A stretch of DNA of 64,000 nt from Candidatus Omnitrophota bacterium (GTDB lineage: Bacteria; Omnitrophota; Gorgyraeia; JAGLLT01): assembly GCA_030632085.1 (NCBI GenBank), contig DAOVJY010000001.1, positions 271,402 through 335,401 of the forward strand, in the 5' to 3' direction. Under the pieces are notes generated by a model. It saw only the letters and a program-made list of their open reading frames with translations. It was not told the DNA's origin and did not search any database. The stretch's first letter is position 1; every line of letters begins with the position of its first letter. Shown here one piece after another: positions 1-9,302 of the stretch. The translations under genes were made by a program, and so were the position numbers.

Positions 1-872
1 GCCAATATGCTGGCAGCACTTGTAAGTTTAGGCCATTCATTCTTCTCGGATAGATAACCGGTTCTTACTTTCTGAAGGTCAACTCTGGCATGTGAACAAA
101 GCAACCTTTGCACCAACTGCTCTTTAGACATTTCAAGACTGAATATAGCAACGGGCACAGAACCCTTAACTGCGGCATGTTCGAGCATCCTTAAAGCTAA
201 AGATGTCTTACCCATTGAAGGACGCCCTGCAATAACTACTAAATCAGACCTTTGAAGACCGGCAGTCATAACATCAAAGTCTGTTAAACCGGTAGCTACT
301 CCCGTCACATGAGTTTTATTTTGATATAACTTATCAATAGTCTCAATACTATCCTTAATAATATCCTTCAACGAAACAAAACCAGCTTCTACTTTGTGGC
401 TTGTAATATCAAAAATAAGCTTCTCTGCTTTATCGAGAAGCTCATCCACATTTTCATGCTCATCACTATAGCCTTCACTGACTATTTGAGTTGAGGCATT
501 AATCAATTTGCGTAAAACGCTTTTCTCTTTTACTATCTTTGCGTAATGCTCCACATTAGCCGCCGTAGGAACTTCAGAAGCTAAACATGTTAAATAAACA
601 GGGCCGCCTACTTCTTCCAATAAACCCTGCTTTTTTAGCATTTCCGTTAGTATCAAGATATCAGCTGCCCTATTTTCAGAAAAAAGATGACACATTACAG
701 AAAACACCCTTCTATTGGCGCTGCTGTAAAAATCATCTTCCTTCAATATCTCAATAGAAACTGATATTGCCGACTCCTCAATTAGCATAGAACCTAAAAC
801 AGCTCTCTCCGCCTCAAGGTTTTGAGGCGGCACTCTCTCTAAAATGCTATCTTTGGCTTTTAAACCTTTCAT
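1..872 (-). CDS. dnaB: Replicative DNA helicase DnaB, partial (C-terminus runs off the window start). The N-terminus begins at an ATG sharing one base with the rplI stop.
   Basis: Reverse translation gives MKGLKAKDSILERVPPQNLEAERAVLGSMLIEE... and a Walker A motif GRPSMGKTS near the window start. It follows rplI, as in the conserved rpsF-ssb-rpsR-rplI-dnaB block. The ORF track omits it because it is partial. Confidence 0.85.
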   Translation of the reverse strand, partial: MKGLKAKDSILERVPPQNLEAERAVLGSMLIEESAISVSIEILKEDDFYSSANRRVFSVMCHLFSENRAADILILTEMLKKQGLLEEVGGPVYLTCLASEVPTAANVEHYAKIVKEKSVLRKLINASTQIVSEGYSDEHENVDELLDKAEKLIFDITSHKVEAGFVSLKDIIKDSIETIDKLYQNKTHVTGVATGLTDFDVMTAGLQRSDLVVIAGRPSMGKTSLALRMLEHAAVKGSVPVAIFSLEMSKEQLVQRLLCSHARVDLQKVRTGYLSEKNEWPKLTSAASIL

Positions 873-1315
873 TATTCCTTAACTACCCAGACTTTGATAT
901 TAGCAATAACATCTGGATAAATTTTTATTGGAATTTGGTATACACCTAATTTTTTTATTGCGTCTTCGAGTTGAATTTTCTTTTTATCAATTTCGGCAAC
1001 TTCCTGCTTGATGCAGTCAGATATATCTTGAGCCGTTACCGCTCCATAAAGTTTATCATCAACACCTGCCTTGCAAGAAATGGTATATGAATGGTTCTCC
1101 AGTTCTTTGACAAATGCTCTGGCTTCTTCTTTATTTTTAGCTTCTTTTGCCTTCAACTTAGTTTGTTGCTGCTTTAAACTCTTTAAATTTGAAGCATTTG
1201 ATTCAACGGCTAAGCCCTTAGGAATCAAAAAGTTTCTGGCAAAGCCATCCTTAACTTCTTTAACTTCGCCTTTTAAGCCAACTTTATCAATATTAGATTT
1301 AAAAATGACCTTCAT
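872..1315 (-). CDS. rplI: 50S ribosomal protein L9
   Basis: MKVIFKSNIDKVGLKGEVKEVKDGFARNFLIPKGLA is the L9 N-terminal signature, and the gene sits in the expected context. Confidence 0.9.
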   Translation of the reverse strand: MKVIFKSNIDKVGLKGEVKEVKDGFARNFLIPKGLAVESNASNLKSLKQQQTKLKAKEAKNKEEARAFVKELENHSYTISCKAGVDDKLYGAVTAQDISDCIKQEVAEIDKKKIQLEDAIKKLGVYQIPIKIYPDVIANIKVWVVKE

Positions 1316-1338
1316 TTATAAACCTTTCGGTTAAAAAA

Positions 1339-1581
1339 TTAACGTGACCTACTTATATAAGGCACCAAAGCCATATATCTGGCTCTTTTAACAGCTGTAG
1401 CTAACATACGCTGATGCTTGGCGCAAGTACCTGTTATCCTAGATGGCACAATTTTGCCTCTATCAGTCATAAAGCTTTGCAGTATATTCACATCTTTGTA
1501 ATCCAAAATGTTAACTTTATCTTTACAAAATCTGCAAACCTTTTTTCTTCCAAAATTTTTCCTAAATCCTCTTTTAATCAT
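1339..1581 (-). CDS. rpsR: 30S ribosomal protein S18
   Basis: The basic protein with CRFCKDK...[17 protein letters not shown]...[28 protein letters not shown] is a typical S18. Confidence 0.9.
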   Translation of the reverse strand: MIKRGFRKNFGRKKVCRFCKDKVNILDYKDVNILQSFMTDRGKIVPSRITGTCAKHQRMLATAVKRARYMALVPYISRSR

Positions 1582-1617
1582 TTTTTAAATTCTCCCTAAT
1601 AGACATCATCAATTATA

Positions 1618-2043
1618 CTAAAATGGTACTTCCTCATCGGCCGGTGAAATATCGGTGTCTTGATTTTGCTTATTATCAAAATTTTGGCCTTGATCATCCT
1701 GATTTTTACTCTGCCCTTTGCCCAAAAATTGAATACGCTTGGCTCTAACTTCAAGTACGTTTCTTTTCTGACCGTCTTGCGTTTGCCAAGATCGACTTTG
1801 AAGTGTTCCTTCTGCAAATAGCGGGCTACCCTTACTTAAATACTGACTACAGCTTTCCGCTAACTTCCCCCAAACAACAACGGTCAAAAAACAGGTAATA
1901 TCTTTCATTTCGCCATTTGAGTCTTTGTAACGTTCATTCACAGCCAGGCGTAAATTAGTAACTGCTGTTCCTCCTGGAATAAATTTAAGTTCTGGATCTC
2001 TAGTTAAATTACCAATTAAAAAAACACTGTTTAAACTAGCCAT
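1618..2043 (-). CDS. ssb: Single-stranded DNA-binding protein
   Basis: OB-fold N-terminus LNSVFLIGNLTRDPELKF, a Gln/Asn-rich linker and an acidic tail ending DEEVPF. Confidence 0.9.
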   Translation of the reverse strand: MASLNSVFLIGNLTRDPELKFIPGGTAVTNLRLAVNERYKDSNGEMKDITCFLTVVVWGKLAESCSQYLSKGSPLFAEGTLQSRSWQTQDGQKRNVLEVRAKRIQFLGKGQSKNQDDQGQNFDNKQNQDTDISPADEEVPF

Positions 2044-2328
2044 TTATGCCCCCTTTTTCAAAATAAAATGCCTAAGGAGCATGTTATCTAATTTATATAC
2101 ATTGTTTAATTCGGCAATAGTCTTTGTTGGAGCCTTAAAATTCAGCAAATAATATAAGCCTTCACTATATTTCTTTATATCATAAGCCATTTGTTTTTTA
2201 TCTGGTCCCTGAGCACTCTCTATTTGACCTTCGCGCTTGGTAATTTCTCCTTTGATAAACTCAACAGCTTTATCTTGAGATTCCTTATCAAGGTCAGGTC
2301 TGATTATAAATAAACCTTCGTATGTCAC
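2044..2328 (-). CDS. rpsF: 30S ribosomal protein S6
   Basis: MTYEGLFIIRPDLDKESQDKAVEFIKGEI. Confidence 0.9.
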   Translation of the reverse strand: MTYEGLFIIRPDLDKESQDKAVEFIKGEITKREGQIESAQGPDKKQMAYDIKKYSEGLYYLLNFKAPTKTIAELNNVYKLDNMLLRHFILKKGA

Positions 2329-2361
2329 CTAAAAATCCTCCTTTTTTATTGCAATCTAATA

Positions 2362-2937
2362 TTAATCTTTTGCTTTTTCGTTAAATAAATTCATACAATT
2401 ACCGATATCTTTTTCAAGCCAGGAATATACAGCATCTTTAGCTTTGCTAATAGCAGCTTCTAACTCAACCTGCACTTTTTTACTCGGCTTAGCTAATACA
2501 TAAGAAACTAAATTGCCTTTAGTCGCTATATCCTTACCTATACCAACTTTTAGTCGCGGATAATCATTAGTGCCCAGAACTCCGGATATAGACTTTAAAC
2601 CATTGTGGCCACCTTCACTGCCGCTGGCCCTAAAACGGATATTACCTACAGGTAAATTAACATCATCACAAACTATCAAAATATCATCTAAATCAAGCTG
2701 CTTTGCGTCAATAACCGCCTTAACGGCTTGACCGCTTAGATTCATAAATGTAAGCGGCTTCACTAAAATAACTTGTTCTGAATCTATTTTACCAATTCCG
2801 ATTAAAGAACTGTAAGAATTTTTCTTTATGGTTATTTTCTTATCGTCAGCTATGGCATCAATTACCTTAAAACCTATATTGTGACGCGTATCTTGGTAAT
2901 CTTTACCCGGATTTCCCAGGCCAACAATAGCTTTCAT
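2362..2937 (-). CDS. pth: Peptidyl-tRNA hydrolase
   Basis: MKAIVGLGNPGKDYQDTRHNIGF... matches the Pth family. Confidence 0.9.
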   Translation of the reverse strand: MKAIVGLGNPGKDYQDTRHNIGFKVIDAIADDKKITIKKNSYSSLIGIGKIDSEQVILVKPLTFMNLSGQAVKAVIDAKQLDLDDILIVCDDVNLPVGNIRFRASGSEGGHNGLKSISGVLGTNDYPRLKVGIGKDIATKGNLVSYVLAKPSKKVQVELEAAISKAKDAVYSWLEKDIGNCMNLFNEKAKD

Positions 2938-2952
2938 AAAAAATTATTTTGG

Positions 2953-3645
2953 CTACTCCTGAGTCTTGGTTTCGCCTTTTTCCTTCTGGCGTTCTTCTCG
3001 TTCCTTCTCACCAATAACCTCAGGTTCCTTAGCACCTTCTTCAGTAACCTCTTCTTCAGCTATCGGCTCTTCCTCAATTTTAGGATGTTCAACTATCATT
3101 ACAACTTCTTCGGGATCAGTCAGTATTTTTATGTCATTATCTACTTTAAGATCCTTGACATGAATAGAATCACCAATTTCCAACTCATCTACATTCACAT
3201 CAATTTTTTCGGGTATCTGTGTAGGCAAGCATTCAATGTCAAGTTCCCAAAGTACGTGCTCTAAAATACCGCCGTCTCTCTTAACACCCACGGCTTCTCC
3301 AACCGGATGAATAGGTACCTTAACCTGAATACTTTGTGTAAGTGAAATTTCACTAAAATCGATATGAATAATATTACCTCGTATAGGATGGTGCTGCATC
3401 TCCTTTATGATAACTGTTTTATGAGTCTTCTTTCCATCTTTCTCATACTCTAATTTAATAATGACGTTTTCACCGGCTGATGTATGCAGGGCATGAATAA
3501 GATCGACTGACTTTACAGCTAAATTAACACCTATTTTACCTTTTTTATAAACAATAACCGGAGCTAATCCGGCATTCCTCAGGCGCTTAGCCGCTTCTTT
3601 TCCCGTTGCCTCTCTTTGTTGGGCATGGATTATAATTTCTGCCAT
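2953..3645 (-). CDS. rplY: 50S ribosomal protein L25 / general stress protein Ctc, long form with an acidic C-terminal extension
   Basis: An L25 N-domain (REATGKEAAKRLRNAGLAPVIVY) is followed by a Glu/Lys-rich tail. The prs-ctc-pth order is conserved. Confidence 0.85.
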   Translation of the reverse strand: MAEIIIHAQQREATGKEAAKRLRNAGLAPVIVYKKGKIGVNLAVKSVDLIHALHTSAGENVIIKLEYEKDGKKTHKTVIIKEMQHHPIRGNIIHIDFSEISLTQSIQVKVPIHPVGEAVGVKRDGGILEHVLWELDIECLPTQIPEKIDVNVDELEIGDSIHVKDLKVDNDIKILTDPEEVVMIVEHPKIEEEPIAEEEVTEEGAKEPEVIGEKEREERQKEKGETKTQE

Positions 3646-3691
3646 ATCGTAAACCTCTTTCTTGTCTCAACAAATATTTTTTCTTGTATTT

Positions 3692-4630
3692 TTAAATAAA
3701 TAAAGCGCTCACTGATTCCTCTTTATGAATACGCATAATTGCTTCCGCGAACAGCGGCGCTACAGATAGAACTTTTATTCTATCACATTTCTTTGCTTTG
3801 TCAATTGCAATCGTATCAGTCACCAACAACTCTCTAAGATGCGAATTATTAATCCTTTCTATAGCCGGAGGAGCTAAAATTGGGTGGGTTATAGTAGCAT
3901 ATACATCTTTAGCACCTTCTTCTTTCAAAGCCACAATACCTTCAACTAAAGTTCCGGCTGTCGAGATAATATCATCAACCATTACAATATTCTTACCTCT
4001 AACATCACCAATTATATGCATAACTTCAGCTTGTTTATCGCTAACTCTTCTTTTATCAACTATAGCTAATTCCGCTCCCAGGTACTTGGCGTACGCGCGG
4101 GCCATCTTAATTCCACCTACATCAGGAGCAACAACACACAAATCTTTTATATTCATCTTAGAAAAATAACTAACAAATGTATTTACAGCATATAAATTAT
4201 CAACCGGCATATTAAAAAAACCCTGAATCTGCTCAGCATGCAAATCCATTGTCAAAACTCTATTAACACCTGCCGCCGCCAAAATATCGGCAACCAGTTT
4301 AGCGGTAATCGGAACTCTGGGTTGATCCTTTCTATCCTGCCTGGCATATCCGTAATAAGGCATAACGGCTGTAATGCGCCTTGCCGAAGCGCGCTTTAGA
4401 GCATCAACCAGAATAAGCAGCTCCATAATACTGTCGTTTGTTGGAGGAGAAGTTGGCTGAATCACAAAAACATCTTTACCGCGTACATTCTCTTCAATTT
4501 TTACTTTGACTTCCCCATCGGCAAATCTACTTATAGTTGATTTACCCAATGCTATTCTTAAATTTTTTGCGATATCCTCTGCAAGCTTAATATTAGCATT
4601 GCCGGAAAATAAAGCTATTTTCCCGTTCAT
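3692..4630 (-). CDS. prs: Ribose-phosphate pyrophosphokinase
   Basis: PRPP synthetase motifs are present: DLHAEQIQGFF, VVAPDVGG, DDIISTAGT. Confidence 0.9.
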   Translation of the reverse strand: MNGKIALFSGNANIKLAEDIAKNLRIALGKSTISRFADGEVKVKIEENVRGKDVFVIQPTSPPTNDSIMELLILVDALKRASARRITAVMPYYGYARQDRKDQPRVPITAKLVADILAAAGVNRVLTMDLHAEQIQGFFNMPVDNLYAVNTFVSYFSKMNIKDLCVVAPDVGGIKMARAYAKYLGAELAIVDKRRVSDKQAEVMHIIGDVRGKNIVMVDDIISTAGTLVEGIVALKEEGAKDVYATITHPILAPPAIERINNSHLRELLVTDTIAIDKAKKCDRIKVLSVAPLFAEAIMRIHKEESVSALFI

Positions 4631-5949
4631 TTTACGCTCCTGCCTTTGTTTGTTTTTTTAGTTTCTCTTTTTCTCTTTATTTCTTTGGCGGGTACTCCCA
4701 CCACAACAGCGCCGCTTCTAACTTTACCTTTAGTTACAAGTGAATTGGCTCCGGTGATAGCACCTTTACCAATCTCCACAGGAGCCACAAGAATACTACC
4801 GCTACCTATAAAAGCATTGTCCCCTATAATGGTCATATTTTTTTCTTTGCCGTTATAATTAGCGGTTACCGCGCCGGCTCCTATATTAACTTTTTCGCCC
4901 AGCTGGCTGTCTCCAATATACGCCAGATGACTAACTTTACTATTTGATTTTATTGTCGCCCTGACTATTTCAACAAAATTACCAAGCTTAACATTATCTT
5001 TAATAACTGAACCGGGTCTAATTCTTAAAAAAGGCCCTAGACGACATTTTTTGCCTATCTTAACATTTTTCTCTATCCTAACAAAAGGCTCAATAATTGT
5101 ATCCGCCCCTATTTCTACATTTTCATCAATATAAACCGTATCAGGGTCGATAATCGTTACTCCTCCTTCAATAATTCGTTTCACAATTCTCTTGCGCATA
5201 ATCTTATGAACCTGAATTAATTCAAAGCGTGAATTAATGCCGATAATCTCTTCTACATCAAGAGTCTCATAAGAATCAATTTTTAAATCCTGCAAAGAAA
5301 GCACTTCAATAATATCAGTAAGATAATATTCCCTTTTTATATTATTGCGCTTAATTTTATAAATATTATCAAAAAGACTTTTGGCTTTAAAACAATAGAC
5401 CCCGGTGTTAATCTCTTCAATAACCTTTTCATATAGTGAAGTGTCTTTTTCTTCGATAATTTTTACAACTCGGCCTTCATCGTTTCTTAGTATCCGGCCG
5501 TAACCGGTTGGGTTCTTAATCGTTGCCGTTAGAACACTACAATCCGCTTTGCTTTTTCTGCTAACTTCTATTAATGCCCGAAGAGTTTCGTTTGATATAA
5601 GCGGCGCGTCAGCACACAAAACTAAAACATCACCCTTAAACCCTGAAAGTTTCTTTATGCCCTGCTTCACAGCATCTGCAGTGCCTAGAAGTTTCTCTTG
5701 AATTACAATCTCACTTCTGGAGCCGATGAATTTAACAACATCCTTCGACTTATAACCGATTACAGTAACAACCTTTCCTATACCTAAAGACCGCAAAGTA
5801 TCTAAGGTATATTGAATTAAAGTTTTGCCGTAAATACTGTGCAGAACCTTGGGAATTTCTGAGTTCATTCTGGTACCTTCACCGGCAGCTAAGACAATAC
5901 AAGCTACATCGGTCAAGATTTTCATAGATTTGTTTGCCTTTTTTTTCAT
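4627..5949 (-). CDS. glmU: Bifunctional UDP-N-acetylglucosamine pyrophosphorylase / glucosamine-1-phosphate N-acetyltransferase
   Basis: The N-terminus has IVLAAGEGTRM and the C-terminus has left-handed beta-helix hexapeptide repeats. An alternative ATG start at 5925 (MKILTD) is possible. Confidence 0.9.
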   Translation of the reverse strand: MKKKANKSMKILTDVACIVLAAGEGTRMNSEIPKVLHSIYGKTLIQYTLDTLRSLGIGKVVTVIGYKSKDVVKFIGSRSEIVIQEKLLGTADAVKQGIKKLSGFKGDVLVLCADAPLISNETLRALIEVSRKSKADCSVLTATIKNPTGYGRILRNDEGRVVKIIEEKDTSLYEKVIEEINTGVYCFKAKSLFDNIYKIKRNNIKREYYLTDIIEVLSLQDLKIDSYETLDVEEIIGINSRFELIQVHKIMRKRIVKRIIEGGVTIIDPDTVYIDENVEIGADTIIEPFVRIEKNVKIGKKCRLGPFLRIRPGSVIKDNVKLGNFVEIVRATIKSNSKVSHLAYIGDSQLGEKVNIGAGAVTANYNGKEKNMTIIGDNAFIGSGSILVAPVEIGKGAITGANSLVTKGKVRSGAVVVGVPAKEIKRKRETKKTNKGRSVK

Positions 5950-6007
5950 TTAATGTCAGCCTTATTAAAATAGTGTTGAAAGTATTTATAGAACCGTTGC
6001 CCGGTAT

Positions 6008-6081
6008 TGGCTGCCCGGCGAGGATTCGAACCTCGAACCTCGCCTCCAAAGGGCGGTGTGATGCCATTTCACCACCGGGCA
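6008..6081 (-). tRNA. tRNA-Gln (anticodon UUG)
   Basis: A 74-nt cloverleaf folded by hand. It has a 7-bp acceptor stem with a U1-A72 pair, a D arm GUGA/UCAC, an anticodon loop CUUUGGA (U33, anticodon UUG), a T arm CGAGG-UUCGAAU-CCUCG and a 3' GCCA end. Confidence 0.8.
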
Positions 6082-6141
6082 AATACTTAAGATGCTGAAT
6101 TTAATTGCTAAAATAAAGAATATGCTACCTGCATAACTGTC

Positions 6142-6585
6142 TTAAGCTTTTGCCTGGTTGTTGTTATCTATATTTTCATCGCTCGTATGTGAATGGGTGT
6201 CGGACGCTTTCTCAGATTCAGGAAGCGAGTCGTATTTATCTAAAACGGCTTTCTGGATATGTTCTCTAAATTCAGAATTAATCGGATGAGCTATATCTCT
6301 ATGCTCACTTTGTCTTTCCTCTTTGTCCGTGGGAACGATTTCAATCATAGGTAAGGTAGCGCCACAGGCATTACAATATTTACTGCGAACCACATTTCTA
6401 TGACCACACTTAGAACAGCTTTCCTTCATCTTTCTGGAAGGCATAGCAACGAATAATCCTTTATTGCCTTGAATAACTTTAATATCACGTACAACAAAAC
6501 AATCATCGAAAGTTACAGTCGCGTATGCTTTTAACTTTTTATCCCTGCTTTCTCTTGGAAATATTCTAACCTCTGTAATTTCCAT
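6142..6585 (-). CDS. spoVG: SpoVG family protein carrying an inserted CxxC...CxxC zinc ribbon and an extended C-terminal tail
   Basis: SpoVG core motifs MEITEVRIFP, GLFVAMPSRK and RDIAHPINSEFREHIQKAVL are present. About 33 residues (CSKCGHRNVVRSKYCNACGATLP) are inserted between AMPSRK and RDIAHPI. Confidence 0.8.
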   Translation of the reverse strand: MEITEVRIFPRESRDKKLKAYATVTFDDCFVVRDIKVIQGNKGLFVAMPSRKMKESCSKCGHRNVVRSKYCNACGATLPMIEIVPTDKEERQSEHRDIAHPINSEFREHIQKAVLDKYDSLPESEKASDTHSHTSDENIDNNNQAKA

Positions 6586-6633
6586 TGGTTACTCCTTTCA
6601 CGACGTTGATAAACTGCTCTGCCGCCAACAATT

Positions 6634-7497
6634 TTATACAGTGCGACAAATAAAAATACTTACATCCCCCAACATACTGCTTACGCTTGCTTTAACTGCC
6701 TCCGCCTCCCCTTCTGTTTGACAAATACCAAAAACACACGGACCGCTACCTGACAACAACACGGCCTCAACACCAGCAGCTCTTAGTGCTTTTTCGGCGT
6801 TTTGAACCTCTTTATATGAAGCTCCCACCACAGACGCCAGATCATTATAAAGAACCGGAGCGATTTCTTCTAAATTTGCGCTTTTAAGAGCGCGAATCAT
6901 TATTGTAGCACCGGGCTTTTTCTTTGTCAAGCTTAACTTAAAATGCTCGTAAGCCCATTTACTGCTTATATGAATTTTAGGGTAAATTATTACATACCAG
7001 TAAGTAGGAACATTTTTTACAGGCTCTAAAACTTCCCCTATACCGCAACCTAAGGCACACGATTCATCCAATAAAAAAAATGGAACATCAGCTCCTAATT
7101 TTATCCCCATTTTAAGTAATTTCGCCTGGCTAACACCTAAACTACACATCTTATTTACAGCCTTCATTACAGTTGCGGCATTACTACTACCTCCACCTAA
7201 ACCGGCGGCTACAGGTATCACTTTATTAATGTGAATTTTTAACCCAATTTTAGCGCCCGTTTCATGAAATAACAATTCAACGGCTTTATAGGCAAGATTT
7301 GAAGAATTATTAGGAACCGCCGGATGCTTACAGGTAATTTGAATATCTGTTTGATTGATTTTTTCTATTAGGATGGTGTCGTGCAGATTCACTCTTTGAA
7401 AAAGAGTTTCAATTTCGTGATAACCGTCACTTCTTTTTTTCTTAATTTCTAAATATAAATTAACTTTTGCTGGCGAGTTAACCTTTATTCTGCGCAT
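6634..7497 (-). CDS. ispE: 4-diphosphocytidyl-2-C-methyl-D-erythritol kinase
   Basis: GHMP kinase motifs are present (PAKVNLYL, PVAAGLGGGSSNAA). The ORF track starts at a TTG at 7512. An ATG at 7497 (MRRIKV...) is the more likely start. Confidence 0.85.
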   Translation of the reverse strand: MRRIKVNSPAKVNLYLEIKKKRSDGYHEIETLFQRVNLHDTILIEKINQTDIQITCKHPAVPNNSSNLAYKAVELLFHETGAKIGLKIHINKVIPVAAGLGGGSSNAATVMKAVNKMCSLGVSQAKLLKMGIKLGADVPFFLLDESCALGCGIGEVLEPVKNVPTYWYVIIYPKIHISSKWAYEHFKLSLTKKKPGATIMIRALKSANLEEIAPVLYNDLASVVGASYKEVQNAEKALRAAGVEAVLLSGSGPCVFGICQTEGEAEAVKASVSSMLGDVSIFICRTV

Positions 7498-7508
7498 GGC
7501 AGCCTCTA

Positions 7509-8447
7509 TCAAACCCCTAGTAGTTCTTTGGCTCGTTTTACAATATCATCTGCCGTAAGCTCATAATATTTCATCAATTCTTCTGTCGTACCGGATTGAC
7601 CAAATCGATTCTTAACACCCATTAACTTCATAGGAACCGGATTATTTTGACAAACAACCTCGGCAACCGCCGAACCTAAACCCCCAAAAACAGTATGCTC
7701 TTCACAGGTAATAATACCCTTGGTTTCTTTGGCGGCTTTAAGAACGATTTCTTCATCTAATGGTTTAGGAGTATGCATGTTTATAACTCGCAAACTTACA
7801 CCCTGCCTTTGAAGCGTTTTGGCCGCATCTAACGCCTCAAAAACCATATTGCCGCAAGCGATAACTGTCAGATCATCGCCCTCTTTTAACGTCTTAGCTT
7901 TGCCAATAATAAATTCATCTTCTTCTTTTGAAATCAGAGGAACCCCGCTACGCGTAAAACGTAAATATACCGGATGCTGAATGTTGGCAGCTGCAATTGT
8001 CGCTTTTCTAGCTTCAATAGCGTCAACTGGAACAACCACAATCATATTGGGCAAAGCTCTCATAAGAGTGATCTCTTCTAAAGCCTGATGTGTCGCCCCA
8101 TCCGGCCCCACAGAAATCCCTCCGTGAGTTCCGGCAATATTAACGTTTAAATCCATATAGCTGACAGATATGCTTAACTGATTCCAAGCTCTACCGGCGG
8201 CAAAAACTCCGAAAGTACAACAGAAAGGAACCTTGCCTTCTAAAGCCAAACCGGCGGCAACGCTCATCATGTTTTCTTCAGCTACTCCGCAGGAAATAAA
8301 TTTCTCCGGATACTCATTTTTAAACCAGTTAGCTCTGGTTGACTCTGTTAAATCAGCCGAAAGAACCACTACATCCTTATTTTTTTTACCTAGTTCCAGC
8401 AGTCCTTTACCAAAACCGTCTCTCGTAGGAACTTTTTTAATCTCCAT
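7509..8447 (-). CDS. Transketolase, C-terminal subunit
   Basis: The pyrimidine-binding and C-terminal domains of a split transketolase (GFGKGLLELGKKN...). Confidence 0.9.
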   Translation of the reverse strand: MEIKKVPTRDGFGKGLLELGKKNKDVVVLSADLTESTRANWFKNEYPEKFISCGVAEENMMSVAAGLALEGKVPFCCTFGVFAAGRAWNQLSISVSYMDLNVNIAGTHGGISVGPDGATHQALEEITLMRALPNMIVVVPVDAIEARKATIAAANIQHPVYLRFTRSGVPLISKEEDEFIIGKAKTLKEGDDLTVIACGNMVFEALDAAKTLQRQGVSLRVINMHTPKPLDEEIVLKAAKETKGIITCEEHTVFGGLGSAVAEVVCQNNPVPMKLMGVKNRFGQSGTTEELMKYYELTADDIVKRAKELLGV

Positions 8448-8471
8448 TTATTTCTCCTAAAATAAAATCTA

Positions 8472-9302
8472 CTATTGCTTCTTAAGTTCAGCCAGGGCTT
8501 TTTTAACCTCATCTTCTTTAGGTGCTACTCCATGCCAAGAGGCTTTATTTTCCATAAAGGAAACACCTTTACCTTTAATGGTATCAGCTAAAATCACCGA
8601 TGGTTTTCCTTTAGTTGCCCGCGCCTTATCAAAAGCATCCATCAGACTTACAAAATCATGGCCGTCAGTTTTAATAACTTCCCAGCCAAATGATTGCCAC
8701 TTATCGGCCAGAGGTTCTATGCTCATAACATCTTTCAAAAAGCCATCTATTTGGATTTTATTACTGTCTACAATACCACAAATATTATCCAATTTATTAA
8801 AAGAAGTCATCATGGCTGCTTCCCAAATTTGACCTTCTTGAAGCTCGCCGTCACCCATAAGGCAATATGTCCTGTAATCCCTGTTGTCCATTTTGGCTGC
8901 TAAAGCTAAACCCAAAGCAATAGAAAGACCTTGCCCCAATGAACCGGTTGAAGCTTCCAAACCAAGCGAAATATCTCTCTGCGGGTGCCCTTGAAGCTTA
9001 GACTTCATCTTTCTTAGAGTCCAAAGTAAATCTTCGCTAAAATAACCACAGTCCGCTAAAACAGCATACAACGTTGGACATCCGTGACCCTTAGAAAGGA
9101 TAAATCTGTCCCTCTGGGGCCAATCAGGTTTTTTGGAATTATGCGACAATTCATAATTATATAAACTAAGGATAATTTCTACTTCAGAAAGTGAACCTCC
9201 TGTATGTCCACTACCGGCTATCTGGAGCATTTTTAAAATAGTACCTCTTATTTTTAAAGCCTTTTCTTTTAATTCATTTACATCAGGCCTTTTTCTCATC
9301 AT
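8472..9302 (-). CDS. Transketolase, N-terminal subunit (TPP-binding)
   Basis: GSGHTGGSLS and GDGELQEG are TPP-binding motifs. The gene is adjacent to the C-terminal subunit. Confidence 0.9.
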   Translation of the reverse strand: MMRKRPDVNELKEKALKIRGTILKMLQIAGSGHTGGSLSEVEIILSLYNYELSHNSKKPDWPQRDRFILSKGHGCPTLYAVLADCGYFSEDLLWTLRKMKSKLQGHPQRDISLGLEASTGSLGQGLSIALGLALAAKMDNRDYRTYCLMGDGELQEGQIWEAAMMTSFNKLDNICGIVDSNKIQIDGFLKDVMSIEPLADKWQSFGWEVIKTDGHDFVSLMDAFDKARATKGKPSVILADTIKGKGVSFMENKASWHGVAPKEDEVKKALAELKKQ

